NCBI GenBank assembly: GCA_016209635.1
Contig: JACQWC010000221.1
Location: 30,859-94,858, forward strand
Source: Candidatus Rokuibacteriota bacterium
Lineage (GTDB): Bacteria; Methylomirabilota; Methylomirabilia; Rokubacteriales; CSP1-6
Direction of reading: 5' to 3'
DNA: 64,000 bases
Positions 62,466 to 64,000 of the stretch are shown piece after piece (position 1 is the first letter of the stretch; every line of letters starts with the position of its first letter). The position numbers were made by a program, and so were the translations under genes. Below the pieces are notes generated by a model. That model had not been told where the DNA came from, did not search any database, and saw nothing but the letters and a program-made list of their open reading frames with translations.

Positions 62466-63910
62466 ACGCGGGGCCGGAAGCGACCGCCCCAGCGCTCGCG
62501 GACTTCCGCGAGGAGGGCGGGCGTGATCACGGTCTCGCCCCGCCCGCGCGCGTAGGCCTCGACCGCCTTCACCACCATGCCCCGCGCGAACGACGGGATC
62601 GCCGCCAGCCGGGCGCGGGCGGCCTCCTCCCAGCCGAGCTCGTACGCGACCGCGAGCCCGAAGGTGAGCGAGGACGGGAGATCGATCACCCGGCCGCCGT
62701 GGGCACCCGGCTGGTACGCGCACGCCGGGTCCTCGGCGAGGTAGTCGCCGTACGTGGCGTACGCGCGACACCGGCAGCCCCCGCAGATCTTCGAGAACTC
62801 GCAGGCGCCGCACCGTCCGTGGAGCCTCGGCTCGCGCAGGTCCTCGAAGACCTCCGCCGTCCGCCAGAGGTCGGCGAACCCCACCTCGCGCAGATTGCCC
62901 GCCGAGACCGGCATGTAGGGGCACGGCGTCACGTCCCCCTCCGGCGTGATGCGACAGTAGTACTTGCCGGCCGGACACGCGCCATGAGCGTAGTTCTGGA
63001 GGAGCGGCGAGGACGGGTCGCGCTGCCAGATGACGCGCCGGAAGTGCGGAGCGCACTTGGCGCGGATCAGGAGGCCACCGGCCCGGCCGACCGGCATCGA
63101 CCACGGGTCCTCGAAGCGAGCGCCAGGGGGGGGCAGGGGGTCTCCGCTCGGAACACCCTGGACCTTCGCGAGGTAGGTGAGGATGCGCTCGTACTCGGCG
63201 GCGTCGATGTCCGTGAGGTCCCGCCCGCGCCCCGTCCGCACGAGGAAGAAGAAGTTCAGCACCTTGGCGCCGAGCTCCTTCGCCAGATCGATCATCGCCG
63301 GGACCTCGCCCACGTTCCAGTCGGTGACGGACATGTGGAGCGAGAAGTCGAGCCCCTCGGCGGCGAGCGCGCGGGTCGCGCGGACGGCGCCGTCCCAGGC
63401 GCCCGGAAGGTGGCGGAACGCGTCGTGTCTCCGGGGATCGGTAGAGTCGAGGCTCAGGGAGGCGCCGACCACGCCGTGCTCGCGCATGAGCCGCGCCTCC
63501 TTGTCGCCCAGGAGGACGCCGTTGGTGCCGAAGACGGTGGTGAAGCCGCGCCCGACCGCGTGGTCGGCGATCGCGAAGAGGTCCTTGCGGAGGAACGGCT
63601 CGCCGCCGGTGAGGATCAGGAAGACGTTGGGGTTGACGAGGGCGATCTCGTCGATCACCCGGCGGCACTCCTCCGTGCTCAGCTCGACCCGCGTGTCCGC
63701 GCCGGCGAACGCCGACATGTAGCAGTGCGCGCACTCGAGGTTGCACCGCTGCGTCAGATTCCACGACACGGAGTACGCCGTGTACCTCTCGGCGGTGGGG
63801 GAGGGGGTGGGCCCAGAGCGAGTGTCGTGCGCGCTGGCTCGGGTGGGGGCAGGGGCGGGGTTCGGGTGAGTGTCTCTCCGAAACCCGACCCCGCCCCCGC
63901 TCCCGGCCAT
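62462..63910 (-). CDS. Radical SAM / SPASM-domain enzyme with a C-terminal PCP_red-like (protochlorophyllide-reductase-C-like) extension
   Basis: CNLECAHCY (CxxxCxxC), ILTGGEPFL. SPASM Cys cluster CPAG...CRITPEGDVTPCPY...GRCGACEFSKICGGCRCRA. Tail WEEAARARLAAIPSFARGMVVKAVEAYARGRGETVIT. Confidence 0.85.
   Translation of the reverse strand: MAGSGGGVGFRRDTHPNPAPAPTRASAHDTRSGPTPSPTAERYTAYSVSWNLTQRCNLECAHCYMSAFAGADTRVELSTEECRRVIDEIALVNPNVFLILTGGEPFLRKDLFAIADHAVGRGFTTVFGTNGVLLGDKEARLMREHGVVGASLSLDSTDPRRHDAFRHLPGAWDGAVRATRALAAEGLDFSLHMSVTDWNVGEVPAMIDLAKELGAKVLNFFFLVRTGRGRDLTDIDAAEYERILTYLAKVQGVPSGDPLPPPGARFEDPWSMPVGRAGGLLIRAKCAPHFRRVIWQRDPSSPLLQNYAHGACPAGKYYCRITPEGDVTPCPYMPVSAGNLREVGFADLWRTAEVFEDLREPRLHGRCGACEFSKICGGCRCRAYATYGDYLAEDPACAYQPGAHGGRVIDLPSSLTFGLAVAYELGWEEAARARLAAIPSFARGMVVKAVEAYARGRGETVITPALLAEVRERWGGRFRPRV
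63852..63897. repeat. 15/16-bp GC-rich inverted repeat inside codons ~5-20 of the radical SAM ORF
   Basis: GGGGCGGGGTTCGGGT-(15 nt)-ACCCGACCCCGCCCC; one bulged T. Confidence 0.6.
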
Positions 63911-63915
63911 GGCGC

Positions 63916-64000
63916 CTACCGCGGCTTCTTCTGCGACACGTACCCGGCAATGACCTCGTTCATCGTCTGACGCGCGTGGCCGATCCCCTCCTCGGCGAGG
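63916..64000 (-). CDS. 3' end of an unidentified upstream gene (28 codons visible)
   Basis: Hand translation ...LAEEGIGHARQTMNEVIAGYVSQKKPR, then TAG at 63916..63918. High GC3. 5 nt upstream of the radical SAM ATG. Confidence 0.4.
   Translation of the reverse strand, partial: LAEEGIGHARQTMNEVIAGYVSQKKPR

Noticed and set aside
1-64000. CRISPR arrays, rRNA/tRNA genes, transposases, integrases, prophage or known defence-system genes
   Set aside because: I saw no spaced direct-repeat arrays, no cloverleaf-like or rRNA-like non-coding stretches (the intergenic gaps are short), and no recombinase or transposase motifs. The only nuclease-fold protein (49250..50170) has no defence-type partners.

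Overview
This is a high-GC bacterial chromosomal window (about two-thirds G+C or more by eye). It is densely coding. I recognised no rRNA, tRNA, CRISPR array, transposase or integrase. CDS coordinates below include the stop codon.

Two points about the ORF track. The 'M' at the start of a track ORF is often a GTG or TTG codon; I checked this on the DNA. Many long Arg/Pro/Gly-rich track ORFs are antisense or out-of-frame shadows, so I trimmed or discarded them.

Layout:
1. 1-28304, minus strand: one co-directional exopolysaccharide/capsule supra-operon of about 26 genes, headed by a NusG paralog. It encodes:
 - export and chain-length control: a Wza-like exporter, a chain-length determinant, a BY-kinase and a YvcK-family protein;
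 - assembly: a priming sugar transferase, a Wzy/O-antigen-ligase-like protein, a Wzx-like flippase and two GT4 glycosyltransferases;
 - sugar-nucleotide synthesis and modification: a WbpO/TviB-like dehydrogenase with a WbpP/TviC-like epimerase, an AsnB-like amidotransferase, a CE4 deacetylase, a FemAB/CelD-like acyltransferase and a methyltransferase;
 - a DltA/DltC-like adenylation enzyme and carrier protein, with an LLM oxygenase and GNATs;
 - two small secreted proteins of unknown function;
 - a secreted beta-propeller with tandem carbohydrate-binding-like modules, and a heparinase II/III-like gene cut by the window edge.
2. 28418-36343, minus strand: glmS, a secreted NHL-like propeller, two tandem NarL-type regulators, a histidine kinase with an RsbU_N-like N-terminus, and a full RsbR/RsbS/RsbT/RsbX stressosome module.
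3. 36.5-44 kb: a GAF membrane sensor, three small or membrane hypotheticals, a cytochrome P450, a GT2-methyltransferase fusion, and a frameshifted GT-C-like membrane protein.
4. 44-50 kb: a ketopantoate-reductase-family gene, then a minus-strand operon. That operon encodes a PD-(D/E)XK nuclease, a GrdB/PrdB-like protein, and a sugar ABC importer. The GrdB/PrdB-like protein needs an in-frame TGA read as selenocysteine, and a SECIS-like hairpin follows the TGA.
5. 50-64 kb: a 4-OT tautomerase, an SMP-30 lactonase and a five-gene Liv-type ABC system; small secreted proteins, a squalene/phytoene-synthase homolog and a Lys/Ala-rich histone-H1-like ORF; an M23 peptidase coupled to a PAC2 protein, an Mrp/NBP35 ATPase, a small membrane protein and a radical SAM/SPASM enzyme.

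The most interesting items are:
- the candidate selenoprotein;
- the carrier-protein-dependent EPS modification cassette;
- the secreted protein pair inside the EPS operon;
- the stressosome-to-two-component wiring just upstream of the EPS operon.

All family assignments come from reading motifs by eye and from memory. None has been checked by a search.
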